Source: Chloroflexota bacterium
Lineage (GTDB): Bacteria; Chloroflexota; Anaerolineae; Anaerolineales; Villigracilaceae
Assembly (NCBI GenBank): GCA_043805815.1
Contig: JAZDHO010000160.1
Location: 204 to 64,203, forward strand
Reading direction: 5' to 3'
Length of the DNA stretch: 64,000 nucleotides
In this document: piece after piece, positions 1 to 12,363 of the stretch
Layout: every line of letters starts with the position of its first letter
Numbering within the stretch: position 1 is the stretch's first letter
Notes under the pieces: generated by a model
The model's database searches: none
The model's input: only the letters and a program-made list of their open reading frames with translations
Told to the model about the DNA's origin: nothing
Position numbers and translations under genes: made by a program

Positions 1-2485
<2,485 letters not shown>

Positions 2486-2766
2486 GTGATGCGGAGAAAT
2501 TGATACTTTTCTTTATCGGCCTACATCAAATGCTATTCAGTTTTTAAGGTTCTGGTTCACCGTTGAGCGGTGAACGATGCTCTCGATCGTCGTCCAGGGC
2601 ATCGGTCACCCTTCAACTTCACTGGCGGCAGAGACAAATCGGCCCGGCACGCAGCGCCGGGCCGATGATCTCGCCCAACCAAGCAGCGCTGTCGCCTTCC
2701 GTCTTATGTCCGCTCAGCGTTCAACAACTCTTATTGCACTCCTAATCCGCTCTCTCGGCCACTCAG

Positions 2767-2838
2767 TGGAGATGACGGGATTTGAACCCGTGACCTTCGC
2801 CTTGCAAAGGCGCTGCTCTCCCGCTGAGCTACATCCCC
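2767..2838 (-). tRNA. tRNA-Ala (anticodon UGC)
   Basis: Reverse complement is GGGGATGTAGCTCAGCGGGAGAGCAGCGCCTTTGCAAGGCGAAGGTCACGGGTTCAAATCCCGTCATCTCCA. It has the G3:U70 Ala identity pair and a TGC anticodon, and lies in the 16S-23S spacer. Confidence 0.9.
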
Positions 2839-2856
2839 AGGACTTGCTTGGGTTAG

Positions 2857-2930
2857 TGGGCTTGACAGGATTCGAACCTGTGACCCCAGTCTTATCAGGA
2901 CTGTGCTCTAACCAGCTGAGCTACAAGCCC
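2857..2930 (-). tRNA. tRNA-Ile (anticodon GAU)
   Basis: Reverse complement is GGGCTTGTAGCTCAGCTGGTTAGAGCACAGTCCTGATAAGACTGGGGTCACAGGTTCGAATCCTGTCAAGCCCA. The anticodon loop is CTGATAA, and it lies in the 16S-23S spacer. Confidence 0.9.
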
Positions 2931-2944
2931 AGGGTCCGCACCTC

Positions 2945-2968
2945 AACAACTGAGAAGTGATAGGAAGC
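2945..2968 (-). other. 3' half of the 16S rRNA processing stem
   Basis: The 24 nt AACAACTGAGAAGTGATAGGAAGC (plus strand) is an inverted repeat, 22/24 complementary, of 4630-4653. The two halves bracket the 16S gene. Confidence 0.7.
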
Positions 2969-3058
2969 GTACTCTCCGTTCAATCCAGCGCCCCACACCG
3001 TGAGGGGCGTTCTTGCTCTGGAGCACGGGTCTGTCGCAGGACCCTGCTCACGATCTCT

Positions 3059-4568
<1,510 letters not shown>

Positions 4569-4629
4569 GAATTTGCACTCTTGCGAGTGTAAAGTCACAC
4601 GGATGTTGCTGGATTGACAGGTTTGTGTT

Positions 4630-4653
4630 GCTTCCTATCACTCTTCAGTTGTT
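4630..4653 (-). other. 5' half of the 16S rRNA processing stem (leader, also boxA-like CCTTAACAA)
   Basis: In rRNA sense it reads AACAACTGAAGAGTGATAGGAAGC and pairs with the trailer at 2945-2968 (22/24). Confidence 0.7.
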
Positions 4654-4858
4654 AAGGTGCTGTGGTGAGGCGCTTCAGCCAGCCTTCGCCTCTTCGCCTG
4701 TCAAGTCCCTCTAACAGACGAAAACACCGATGCTCCTTGCGCATCGGGTCGTCAGACTGCAAAGCCTCGCGGCTTTTGTCTCTGACCTGAGACCTACTGC
4801 TCGGTTTTCAATGATCTGTCAGGGGACGAGATCGGTTGAAAAGCACTGGCGAAGAGTG

Positions 4859-4886
4859 ATTATACGACTTTAGCCGGCGTTGTCAA
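4859..4886 (-). promoter_or_regulatory. rRNA operon promoter (sigma70 consensus)
   Basis: Minus strand reads TTGACA (4886-4881), 16 nt spacer, TATAAT (4864-4859). An AT-rich UP-like tract GGTGATATTTTAAGGTAAATG lies just upstream (about 4900-4920). It sits about 290 nt before the 16S 5' end. Confidence 0.7.
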
Positions 4887-4925
4887 TGCCGTGGAGGAGC
4901 ATTTACCTTAAAATATCACCCCTCC

Positions 4926-5531
4926 TTAGCTCATCTCCTGCCGACCAGAAAGCGCCCTAAGCAGAGTGTTCTGGTCCGCGTATTCCAGATCTCCTCCCAC
5001 CGGCAGGCCCCGGGCCAGCCGCGTCACCTGCACCCCGTACGGGCGCAATTGTTGCTGGAGGTAGAGGGCCGTCGCGTCGCCCTCCATGCTTGGATTGGTG
5101 GCCAGGATCACCTCCCGCACGGCGCCCCTCGCCACACGATCGACCAGCGGCTTTATGCGGATGTCGTCCGGGCCAATGCCTTCGATCGGCGAAAGCACTC
5201 CGTGGAGAACGTGAAAACGACCGGAGTACGCACCGACACGCTCCAGGGCCACGACATCCAGCGCCTCTTCCACCACACAAATCATGCTTGCGTCGCGCTT
5301 CTGATCCTCGCAGATCTCACACCGGGTCCTGCCCGCTACGGTGATGCTGAAGCACTCCTGGCACAGTGTCGTCTTGGACTTGAGTCCGCGCAGGGCCTCA
5401 GCCAGCTCCTCCGAGACCTCCTCGGGAGCCCGCAGGAAGAAGAAAGCCAGCCGCGATGCCGACTTCGGCCCAATTCCTGGGAGACGCTCCAGGGCACTAA
5501 TCAGTTTCTGGATCGGATCTGGCAACAACAC
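4926..5531 (-). CDS. recR: recombination protein RecR
   Basis: 201 aa. N-terminal helix-hairpin-helix LERLPGIGPKSASRLAFF, a Cys4 zinc finger (CQECFS...CEIC) and a Toprim region. Last gene of the classic dnaX-ybaB-recR order. Confidence 0.9.
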   Translation of the reverse strand: MLLPDPIQKLISALERLPGIGPKSASRLAFFFLRAPEEVSEELAEALRGLKSKTTLCQECFSITVAGRTRCEICEDQKRDASMICVVEEALDVVALERVGAYSGRFHVLHGVLSPIEGIGPDDIRIKPLVDRVARGAVREVILATNPSMEGDATALYLQQQLRPYGVQVTRLARGLPVGGDLEYADQNTLLRALSGRQEMS

Positions 5532-5581
5532 GATTCAAGCCTCGTCATTCGCGGCAACATCTCAGGTCCACCGCCTGCAGC

Positions 5582-5908
5582 CTAGAAGGGCAGTCCCCCG
5601 GTGAGCGGGCCAAGACGATCCGAAGCCAGCGCTCGGGACTGCTCAAGCCCGAGGTTGACGGCAGATAGCACCAGATCCTGCAGCATCTCGAGATCGGGTT
5701 CGTGCAGGAGATCCGCGGAGATCTCAACTGAGCGGCACTTCTGGTCTCCAGTCATGACTACCTTTACGGCGCCTCCGCCGGCGGTTCCCGTGACGGTCTC
5801 CTCTGCCAGCTTGGCTTGAGCCTCGGCCAGCTGCTGCTGCAGCCGCTGGATTTGTTGCATCATGCCGCCGCCCGCGCCGCCGGCGGGCCGGCTGAAGCCT
5901 TTTGCCAT
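5582..5908 (-). CDS. ybaB: YbaB/EbfC family nucleoid-associated protein
   Basis: 108 aa. MMQQIQRLQQQLAEAQAKL...VKVVMTGDQKCRSVEI pattern typical of YbaB. Located between dnaX and recR. Confidence 0.9.
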   Translation of the reverse strand: MAKGFSRPAGGAGGGMMQQIQRLQQQLAEAQAKLAEETVTGTAGGGAVKVVMTGDQKCRSVEISADLLHEPDLEMLQDLVLSAVNLGLEQSRALASDRLGPLTGGLPF

Positions 5909-5922
5909 ACCTTGTCCCTCCG

Positions 5923-7596
5923 CTACTCCTGCAGGTCGACGATCTCGCCGCCCTGATTCAACGCTGTCGCGACCATTCCGTCTTGAGGCATATTGGGCGG
6001 CACCTTGCCGCGGGCGTTAATCACGACGCATCGGAGCCGCACAGCATGACCAAGCACAGCGGCGATCGCCTTGCGGGCCGCCTCCATGTTCTCGGGCCGA
6101 TCCATGATCGCTCGGACGGCGTCTGATTGAAAGCCCAAGAACAGTTCGTCGCCCAGGACTTCCACGGGCTTGCATGAGTTCAGAAGGCCATCCACAGCCG
6201 GATGATTGCGCTTGAGTGCTCCGCGGATCTCCTTCCAGCCTCGGACAACGTCAGCCAGGTCAATTGACGGAGGTGGTTGGCCGGCAGGCACGTCTCCACT
6301 CGTGATGGAGGACGCCTCAATGTTGGGTTCCGCGTGCGGAGCCACATGATCGGCTGTTTGATGGAGCGTTGTTGGCCCACTATCGCCGGTGTTCTGGGCA
6401 GCTCCGGCGTTTCGGGGCGCCGATGGCGAGCTCCCTTTTCGCCCGGACGCCATGGATCCCGCAAGGGGCGCGCGAGCCCCACCCCCCGACGGTGCGGGGT
6501 TGGAGCGTCCCGGGTCTGCTTCCGGCTCAAATGATTCAGCCAGAGCCAGCTCCAGTGCCAGCGAGGGCTGCCAGCCACCGCGCGTGTCTGCCGCGGCAGC
6601 GTTGAACGCCTTCATCATCCTGAGCACGCGCGCGGCCAAGAATGCCGCGGCGTGCACCTTCATGGCTTCCCGTACCTCTTTCGTGGCTTCGACCCGATCC
6701 GGATTGCCCAGCTGGATCAGCATAAGGCCGCGGAGGTATTCAATGATCTGGCGCGCCAGCGTGCGCGGGTCCACTCCGGAGTCGAGGGCGACGCGCAGCC
6801 TTTCCAGGCCCACGGCGGATTGCCGGTCCCGTATCGACTCGACGATGTCCAGGACCGCCTGGCTGGTTGCAGTCCCGAGAACCGGCTGAGCCAGTTCCAG
6901 CGTGATCTCCGGGCCCGCGGATGCCAATTGATCCAACAAGGACTGCGCATCCCGGACGGATCCGGTGGCTTGGCGCGCGATCATCACCAACGCATCATCG
7001 TTTGCCTGCCAGCCTTCCGACGCGACGATGCTGCGCAGATTTGCCACGATCTCACCGACCGACACGCGCCGGAACTCGTGGCGCTGGCAGCGCGAGAGCA
7101 CCGTCGCAGGGATCTTGTGGATCTCGGTCGTGGCCAACACAAAGATGACATGCGGCGGCGGCTCCTCGAGAGTCTTGAGCAGCGCGTTGAAGGCCGGCGT
7201 GGACAGCATGTGGACTTCATCGATGATGTAGACTTTGAACCGCCCCTGCGAAGGAGAAAAACCGATCTTGTCGCGCAGCTCACGCACGTCTTCGACGCCC
7301 GTGTTCGACGCTGCATCCATTTCGATCAGATCGAGGAATCGATTTTCGTTTACTGCGCCGCAGTGGTTACACTCATTGCACGGCCGTTGGCCAGGATCCT
7401 CTGCCAGACAGTTGACGGCCTTTGCCAGGATGCGCGCAACGGTGGTCTTGCCCGTCCCGCGCGGCCCGGCGAAAAGATACGCATGACCGACACGATCCTT
7501 TCTGATCGCGTTCCTCAGGGTCTGGACCACGTGCCCCTGTCCCATAACCTGATCCCAGCCCTTGGGGCGGTATTTCCGGTAAAGTGCTTGGCTCAT
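5923..7596 (-). CDS. dnaX: DNA polymerase III subunit gamma/tau
   Basis: 557 aa. YRKYRPKGWDQVMGQ..., Walker A GPRGTGKTT, zinc module CNECNHC, DEVHML, SRCQRHEF. Confidence 0.95.
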   Translation of the reverse strand: MSQALYRKYRPKGWDQVMGQGHVVQTLRNAIRKDRVGHAYLFAGPRGTGKTTVARILAKAVNCLAEDPGQRPCNECNHCGAVNENRFLDLIEMDAASNTGVEDVRELRDKIGFSPSQGRFKVYIIDEVHMLSTPAFNALLKTLEEPPPHVIFVLATTEIHKIPATVLSRCQRHEFRRVSVGEIVANLRSIVASEGWQANDDALVMIARQATGSVRDAQSLLDQLASAGPEITLELAQPVLGTATSQAVLDIVESIRDRQSAVGLERLRVALDSGVDPRTLARQIIEYLRGLMLIQLGNPDRVEATKEVREAMKVHAAAFLAARVLRMMKAFNAAAADTRGGWQPSLALELALAESFEPEADPGRSNPAPSGGGARAPLAGSMASGRKGSSPSAPRNAGAAQNTGDSGPTTLHQTADHVAPHAEPNIEASSITSGDVPAGQPPPSIDLADVVRGWKEIRGALKRNHPAVDGLLNSCKPVEVLGDELFLGFQSDAVRAIMDRPENMEAARKAIAAVLGHAVRLRCVVINARGKVPPNMPQDGMVATALNQGGEIVDLQE

Positions 7597-7634
7597 CCGA
7601 ATTCTCCGGGGGCCGCGATCCCTGGCGGAAAGCG

Positions 7635-8123
7635 CTACGGGACGGGATAACTGTCTTGCGCCTCACCCTCCGGCGTCGTCAAGAGCACCGCCTGCCCCGA
7701 CGGCCACACGGCCTGGCGCTGCCCCCAGAACAGATCGATCGCCGTATTCGTGCCGCTGGCCGTGTGCACCTGGACTGCGCCGTCTTTGAACAACTTGAAA
7801 GGGGGGAAGGTATACGTGTGACCGACCGAATCCCTCAGATGCCACCCGGTCAGGTCAAGCTCGCCGCCGCCAGTGTATCTGACAACGACGGCCTCGACCT
7901 CCAGATTGCCCGCGCCAATCACGCTCACGATCTCGGCAACACCCAGGGGGAAGTTCTCGGGGGTCGCGGCACCCGGCGTGCTCGAGCGAGGCGTCGTGGC
8001 CGGCGGCTGCGGCAGGGTCACGGCCCGATAATTGCGATCGTACCAGTAGAGGATTGCGAGGGTAACGCATGCAGACACAAGAGCATTGAGGAGCAGATAC
8101 AAGGTCAGCTTGCGGCGATCCAT
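7635..8123 (-). CDS. membrane-anchored lamin-tail-domain (LTD) protein
   Basis: 162 aa. N-terminal TM helix LTLYLLLNALVSACVTLAILYWY, then LDLTGWHLRDSVGHTYTFPPFKL...VQVHTASGTNT...LFW, an LTD-like pattern. Confidence 0.65.
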   Translation of the reverse strand: MDRRKLTLYLLLNALVSACVTLAILYWYDRNYRAVTLPQPPATTPRSSTPGAATPENFPLGVAEIVSVIGAGNLEVEAVVVRYTGGGELDLTGWHLRDSVGHTYTFPPFKLFKDGAVQVHTASGTNTAIDLFWGQRQAVWPSGQAVLLTTPEGEAQDSYPVP

Positions 8124-8171
8124 TTAAGTTCACATCATAGCATAAAAGGTTCGGGCTCCCGGACGACCGTG

Positions 8172-8200
8172 GAAAAAGATGCGCCTCGCATAGGAGGCGC
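8172..8200 (-). terminator. intrinsic terminator after the interrupted lipoprotein gene
   Basis: Minus strand reads GCGCCTC-CTATGC-GAGGCGC followed by ATCTTTTTCC. Confidence 0.7.
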
Positions 8201-8224
8201 GGTCCAATTATCCATCAGATCGTC

Positions 8225-8917
8225 TTACTTCAACGGCGTCATGACGAAGTCATCGTAGCTGATGGCTCCAGATGGCTCCTCTGCGCTCCACAAGAAGAGC
8301 CCTACGCCGCCTTCAGTGAAGGTCGGATCCGAAACTGAGTCGACCTCGGTTCCATTCACAAACAGCGTTAGCTCGTCCTCGCTGCAGTCCGCGCCAACTC
8401 GGTACGAAGAGGCACCGGCGGAAATGGCGCCTGAGGTGCCCCAGTCATCGTCGTTGGTCAGGAAAACATCCTCCTTGCCGATCTCTGCTGTGGCAATGGC
8501 GTAGTCACCGTCTGTGGTGACGGCAAAGTAGTGGAACGAGGAATCCACGACCTGCTAATGGCACATCACCCCGAATCCCATGCGAGTATCTCCGCTTTCG
8601 TTGTTGACTGTAACCTCCAGGTGAACATCCTTGTACGTCTCTTCGTCCGGAGTGCTCCAGGTGAAGTAGTAGTCCCGGAACGAGGTCATTCGCAGCACAC
8701 CGTCCTCATATTCGATCGCGCTGTCGCTGTCGGTGCCGGTTCCCCAGCCGCTGTCGCTGTCAGAGAAATCGTCCTCGAGCAGGGGAGGCTCGGCGACCGG
8801 GGTACCGCGTGTGATGCCCGGAATCGACGGCGCGGATGGCATCAGGCTGCAAGCGAGAGTCACGCCGGCTACGGCCGCGATCGACCAAAGCGCCCTGGCC
8901 TGGATCTTCTTCATCAT
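8225..8917 (-). pseudogene. lectin/ConA-like domain lipoprotein interrupted by one in-frame TAG (at 8555-8557)
   Basis: Track ORFs 8555-9115 and 8225-8548 are in the same frame (9115-8548=567). The sequence reads ...RMGFGVMCH-TAG-QVVDSSFHYFAVTTDGDY.... The likely start is ATGATG at 8917, preceded by GGAGGAGAG. The lipobox is VAGVTLAC. It is a paralogue of 30867-31667. Confidence 0.6.
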
Positions 8918-9029
8918 TCTCTCTCCTCCGATCACTTTGGGGCAACTCTTGTCGCGCCCGCGCCTGCTCACAAATGTCGCGATATCCCGGCCTCGCTTGC
9001 GAACCCGGGCCGCGGCGTGCATTCCCCGA

Positions 9030-9539
9030 CTACAACAGGCACCCATCACCCTGGGTCGTCGCACTCGATGCGCCCTGGCCGTTGAACGCCTCGACCCGAT
9101 ACGTGTATGGACCACCTCGGGGAGGGTTGTCCGTATAGCTCTGCGCTCCAGACCCGAGGGTGGAAATCAGGCCATTGTTTCGATATATGCGATAGCCGGT
9201 CTCATTGTCCGTCACGTCTGACCAGTTGAGAGTGATCGCGTAGGTCTGTCCCTCGCACACATGATTCGACACGTGGAACCCCGCAGGACCCGCCGGTTTC
9301 GAAAGGGCCGGCGGCTCCGCAGGCGCTTGTTCCGCAGGGGCCTGATCCGGAGGGGCGGGCGCTGATCCCGCCCCTCCTATCGCTGTGAATCTGGGCTGGC
9401 AATCTGGCCGCGCATCAAATGCCCCCAATTGATTCGCACTGAAGGACGCCGTACCTGGCCATACATCCTCCTCGGTCCGCTCGGCTGTCCCGCGTTGCGG
9501 CATTGCTGTCCGGCGCGAAACGATGGCCCAGCATATCAC
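9030..9539 (-). CDS. fibronectin type III domain protein (start uncertain, no signal peptide seen)
   Basis: 169 aa. C-terminal FN3-like YAITLNWSDVTDNETGYRIYRNN...YTDNPPRGGPYTYRVEAFN after a Pro/Ala-rich linker. Confidence 0.5.
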   Translation of the reverse strand: MICWAIVSRRTAMPQRGTAERTEEDVWPGTASFSANQLGAFDARPDCQPRFTAIGGAGSAPAPPDQAPAEQAPAEPPALSKPAGPAGFHVSNHVCEGQTYAITLNWSDVTDNETGYRIYRNNGLISTLGSGAQSYTDNPPRGGPYTYRVEAFNGQGASSATTQGDGCLL

Positions 9540-9587
9540 CCAATTGGAGCAACGTAGTCCGCTTCGATTCGGTTTGGCTGTCCCGCG

Positions 9588-10529
9588 CTAACGCGCCATG
9601 GCGAGCGCCACCCAATCCCCCATCTGCCGCCGTTCGACTAGGGCCAGGCCTTCGCGCCGGGCTGCTTCCTCTACGTCGCCAGCCTGCGTTGCCAGGATCC
9701 CGGACAGAATCATTGAACCACCGGGCTCCAATGTATTCGCCAACCCCTCTGCAAACAGGCGCGCGATGACAGGTGCCAGGATATTGACTGCCACCAGTGG
9801 GGCCGATCTGAGCCCAAAGCGGCCGTCGAGGATCTCGCCCACGGAGCCCTGTCCCAGCACGAGCTCCGTGCCGATCTCATTCGCCTTCGCATTGTCGCGT
9901 GCGTTCCCAAGCGACGTCGCATCGATGTCCACGCCCAACGCCGATCGAGCGCCCAGTTTCAGAGCCGCTATCGACAGGATTCCCGAGCCGCATCCGACAT
10001 CGATAAAATCCGGTTCAGGCGTTGAGACTGCTGCGCGCTGGCTGGTGCTCAGGCGCTCCACCAGGCCATCTATGAACTCCAGGCAGAGCTGCGTGCTTGG
10101 GTGCGTCCCCGTTCCAAAGGCCATGCCCGGGTTGATCTTGATGGCAATTCGTCTCGGATCGGTGGACTGAATCCAGGCGGGGACGACCAGAAGCCGCCGG
10201 CCAATTGGAATCGGCCGGTAGTGCTGCTTCCACGCCTCCATCCAATTCTGTTCTGGCACGGAGCGAAAAGATGGAGCGGGCAGCGCCTGGATCATGCCCA
10301 GATAGTGCAACGCCTCCTCGACCTTGCGTCGCGTCTCCTGAAGATGTTCGTCTGCGGGCAGGTACGCGCGCACTGTGATCGGTCCATCCGGCGTGCCCAG
10401 GTCCTCGTCGTCAAGATGCCGGATGCCCTGTTCGGCCATCACGCCGTTCGGGGAGTATCGCGATAAGACGTCCGCCACGGATTCGGCAAGTTCTCCACTG
10501 ACGGTGAGGCTTACCTCAAGCCAGTTCAT
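9588..10529 (-). CDS. prmA: ribosomal protein L11 methyltransferase
   Basis: 313 aa. MNWLEVSL... N-terminal domain, FGTGTHPSTQLCLE, and SAM motif FIDVGCGSGILSIAA. Confidence 0.9.
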   Translation of the reverse strand: MNWLEVSLTVSGELAESVADVLSRYSPNGVMAEQGIRHLDDEDLGTPDGPITVRAYLPADEHLQETRRKVEEALHYLGMIQALPAPSFRSVPEQNWMEAWKQHYRPIPIGRRLLVVPAWIQSTDPRRIAIKINPGMAFGTGTHPSTQLCLEFIDGLVERLSTSQRAAVSTPEPDFIDVGCGSGILSIAALKLGARSALGVDIDATSLGNARDNAKANEIGTELVLGQGSVGEILDGRFGLRSAPLVAVNILAPVIARLFAEGLANTLEPGGSMILSGILATQAGDVEEAARREGLALVERRQMGDWVALAMAR

Positions 10530-10574
10530 TGCCTGTCAGTACCCGAACCCCGTCACGCCAGCTATCCGGCCAGA

Positions 10575-11882
10575 TCATGAAGGCGGTGCCGCGCGGGCCA
10601 GTTCCTCGGGCGGCTTGGCCCGACGGAAATTGACGTACAGCAGACCGTCATACACGAGCTTCACCGCGCCAGCCAGCAGGAACGGCAAGCTCAGGAGGCT
10701 GGGCACAGAAAGGAAGAGGCCGGTCAACGCCGGAGAGATCGCCGCACCCACGGAGCGGGCAATCGTCGTCACGCCGGAGGCCGCTGAACGCTCATCGGGG
10801 GCGACAACCGCCATGGTATAGGACTGCCGGGTCGGCACATCCATTTGAGAGATGCTGAAGCGCATGAGCAGCACGCCGATGGCCAGCGGCAGCGTCGGCA
10901 TGAAGGGCACGAGCATCAGAAGTACGTTCGATGGCAGATGCGTAAAGATCATGGTGTTTATCAATCCGATTCTGCGCGCGAGCCAGGCTGCGGCCAGCGC
11001 AGAGAGGGCCGCCAAGAGGTTAACGCCAAAGAAGATCGAGCCGATCGCCCCTGCATCCACCCCGAACTTAATGTAGAACCAGTAGGCGAGCATCGACTGC
11101 ACGATCAAGCCGCCTCCGAAGGCATCAAGCGCAAACAAAGCGCTCAACTTCGCCACGGTATTCCGGGATCGATGCAGGCCTAGCACGCGCCTTGCCGGCG
11201 CCGGTTCGGCGCGCGCGGCCGCTTCTACTCGAGGCGACAAGCCCATGAACAGAAGCAGCAGCGCAACCCCCCCCAGGGCGTACCCGAGCAGCACGGCTCG
11301 ATACGCCTCGATTGCCAGGAACCCGCTGGCTTCGAGCAGCTGCGCCAGCCATCCGCCTCCCAAGGCGCCAAATGCAGCCGCCATGGATCCCGCCAGGTTG
11401 TACCAGGCGAACACCTGCGTCCGCTCCTCGTCGCGGACGAGCTGCGACAGGGCCGCCTGCTCGATGGATAAGAATGGCCCAATCTCTTTGCCGTGCGGGC
11501 TGATCACTCCAAACACAGCTGCCAACAGAAGGATGCCAAAATTGTCGCTTGCCATGAACACGGCGCCGGAGATCAGCATTAGCAGCGCACCGACTCTCAG
11601 AATCCGTCTGCGACCAAACGCATCCGCAGAAGTCGTCATCCAGAGCGTGATGCCCGCGTCGCCTGCAAGCGTGAATGAGAACAACAGCCCAACTTGTCGC
11701 TCATCCAGCCCGGCCTCCACCAGATAGAGGGCAAGGATCACGGACACAAGGCCATAGCAGAAGAGGCGAATGATGCGGGTCGAGAATAGGACCCGGATGT
11801 CCGGACTTGTGTTCACAGGCAGGCTTTGTGCACGTCGGTCGTGGGCTGGGGAGTGCGCAGCAATTGCCCCATGCGGAGGCAC
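10575..11882 (-). CDS. MFS transporter
   Basis: 435 aa, about 12 hydrophobic segments, MFS-like loop DAFGRRRIL between TM2 and TM3. Confidence 0.75.
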   Translation of the reverse strand: MPPHGAIAAHSPAHDRRAQSLPVNTSPDIRVLFSTRIIRLFCYGLVSVILALYLVEAGLDERQVGLLFSFTLAGDAGITLWMTTSADAFGRRRILRVGALLMLISGAVFMASDNFGILLLAAVFGVISPHGKEIGPFLSIEQAALSQLVRDEERTQVFAWYNLAGSMAAAFGALGGGWLAQLLEASGFLAIEAYRAVLLGYALGGVALLLLFMGLSPRVEAAARAEPAPARRVLGLHRSRNTVAKLSALFALDAFGGGLIVQSMLAYWFYIKFGVDAGAIGSIFFGVNLLAALSALAAAWLARRIGLINTMIFTHLPSNVLLMLVPFMPTLPLAIGVLLMRFSISQMDVPTRQSYTMAVVAPDERSAASGVTTIARSVGAAISPALTGLFLSVPSLLSLPFLLAGAVKLVYDGLLYVNFRRAKPPEELARAAPPS

Positions 11883-12363
11883 GCGATTGCGTCTCGCCGC
11901 GGCCCAAGCCTCAGCAATCGTCGGCTGTGTTTCTCTTGCCGTTCCAGGGGAATATGCTCAACAGGATCGATATCGCAGTATAGCGCATCGGGATCTCAAC
12001 CCAACCTTGGCTGCGCCATACCCTTCGCATCGCGATCCAAGCCCCGCCGGGGGGAGCTTTCACACACTGCCTATCCGGTGTCTGCACCGGGGAGGACTCC
12101 CTGCTGCCAGACAGAAGTGTCCGTCCTCCGCCGTGCTCCTAGCGCAACTTCGCCTGGCCGCGAGCCGCGGTCCAGGGCTCCGATGGGCAGGTCTGCTGCC
12201 GCGTGGCCCACGGCCATGAGCCGGGAACGGCGCGCCGCCAGTGTCCCACCGTCATGCAGACCGCTGGCGCGAGCCAGGCCCCGCGACTGTCATGAAAGCA
12301 CCACGCTTCCCACCCTCGTTCTCAGTATAATTTTGGCGTCGGCCATGTGGGGCGAGGTATGGA

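Noticed and set aside
5923-7596. Programmed frameshift or slippage site in dnaX (gamma versus tau)
   Set aside because: Reading the gene by eye I saw no A AAA AAG heptamer or long A-run. The longest A-run I noticed was 4 nt, so nothing supports recoding here.
6652-7650. 332-aa plus-strand ORF
   Set aside because: It is antisense to dnaX, whose AAA+ motifs are unambiguous. There is no RBS and no recognisable motif.
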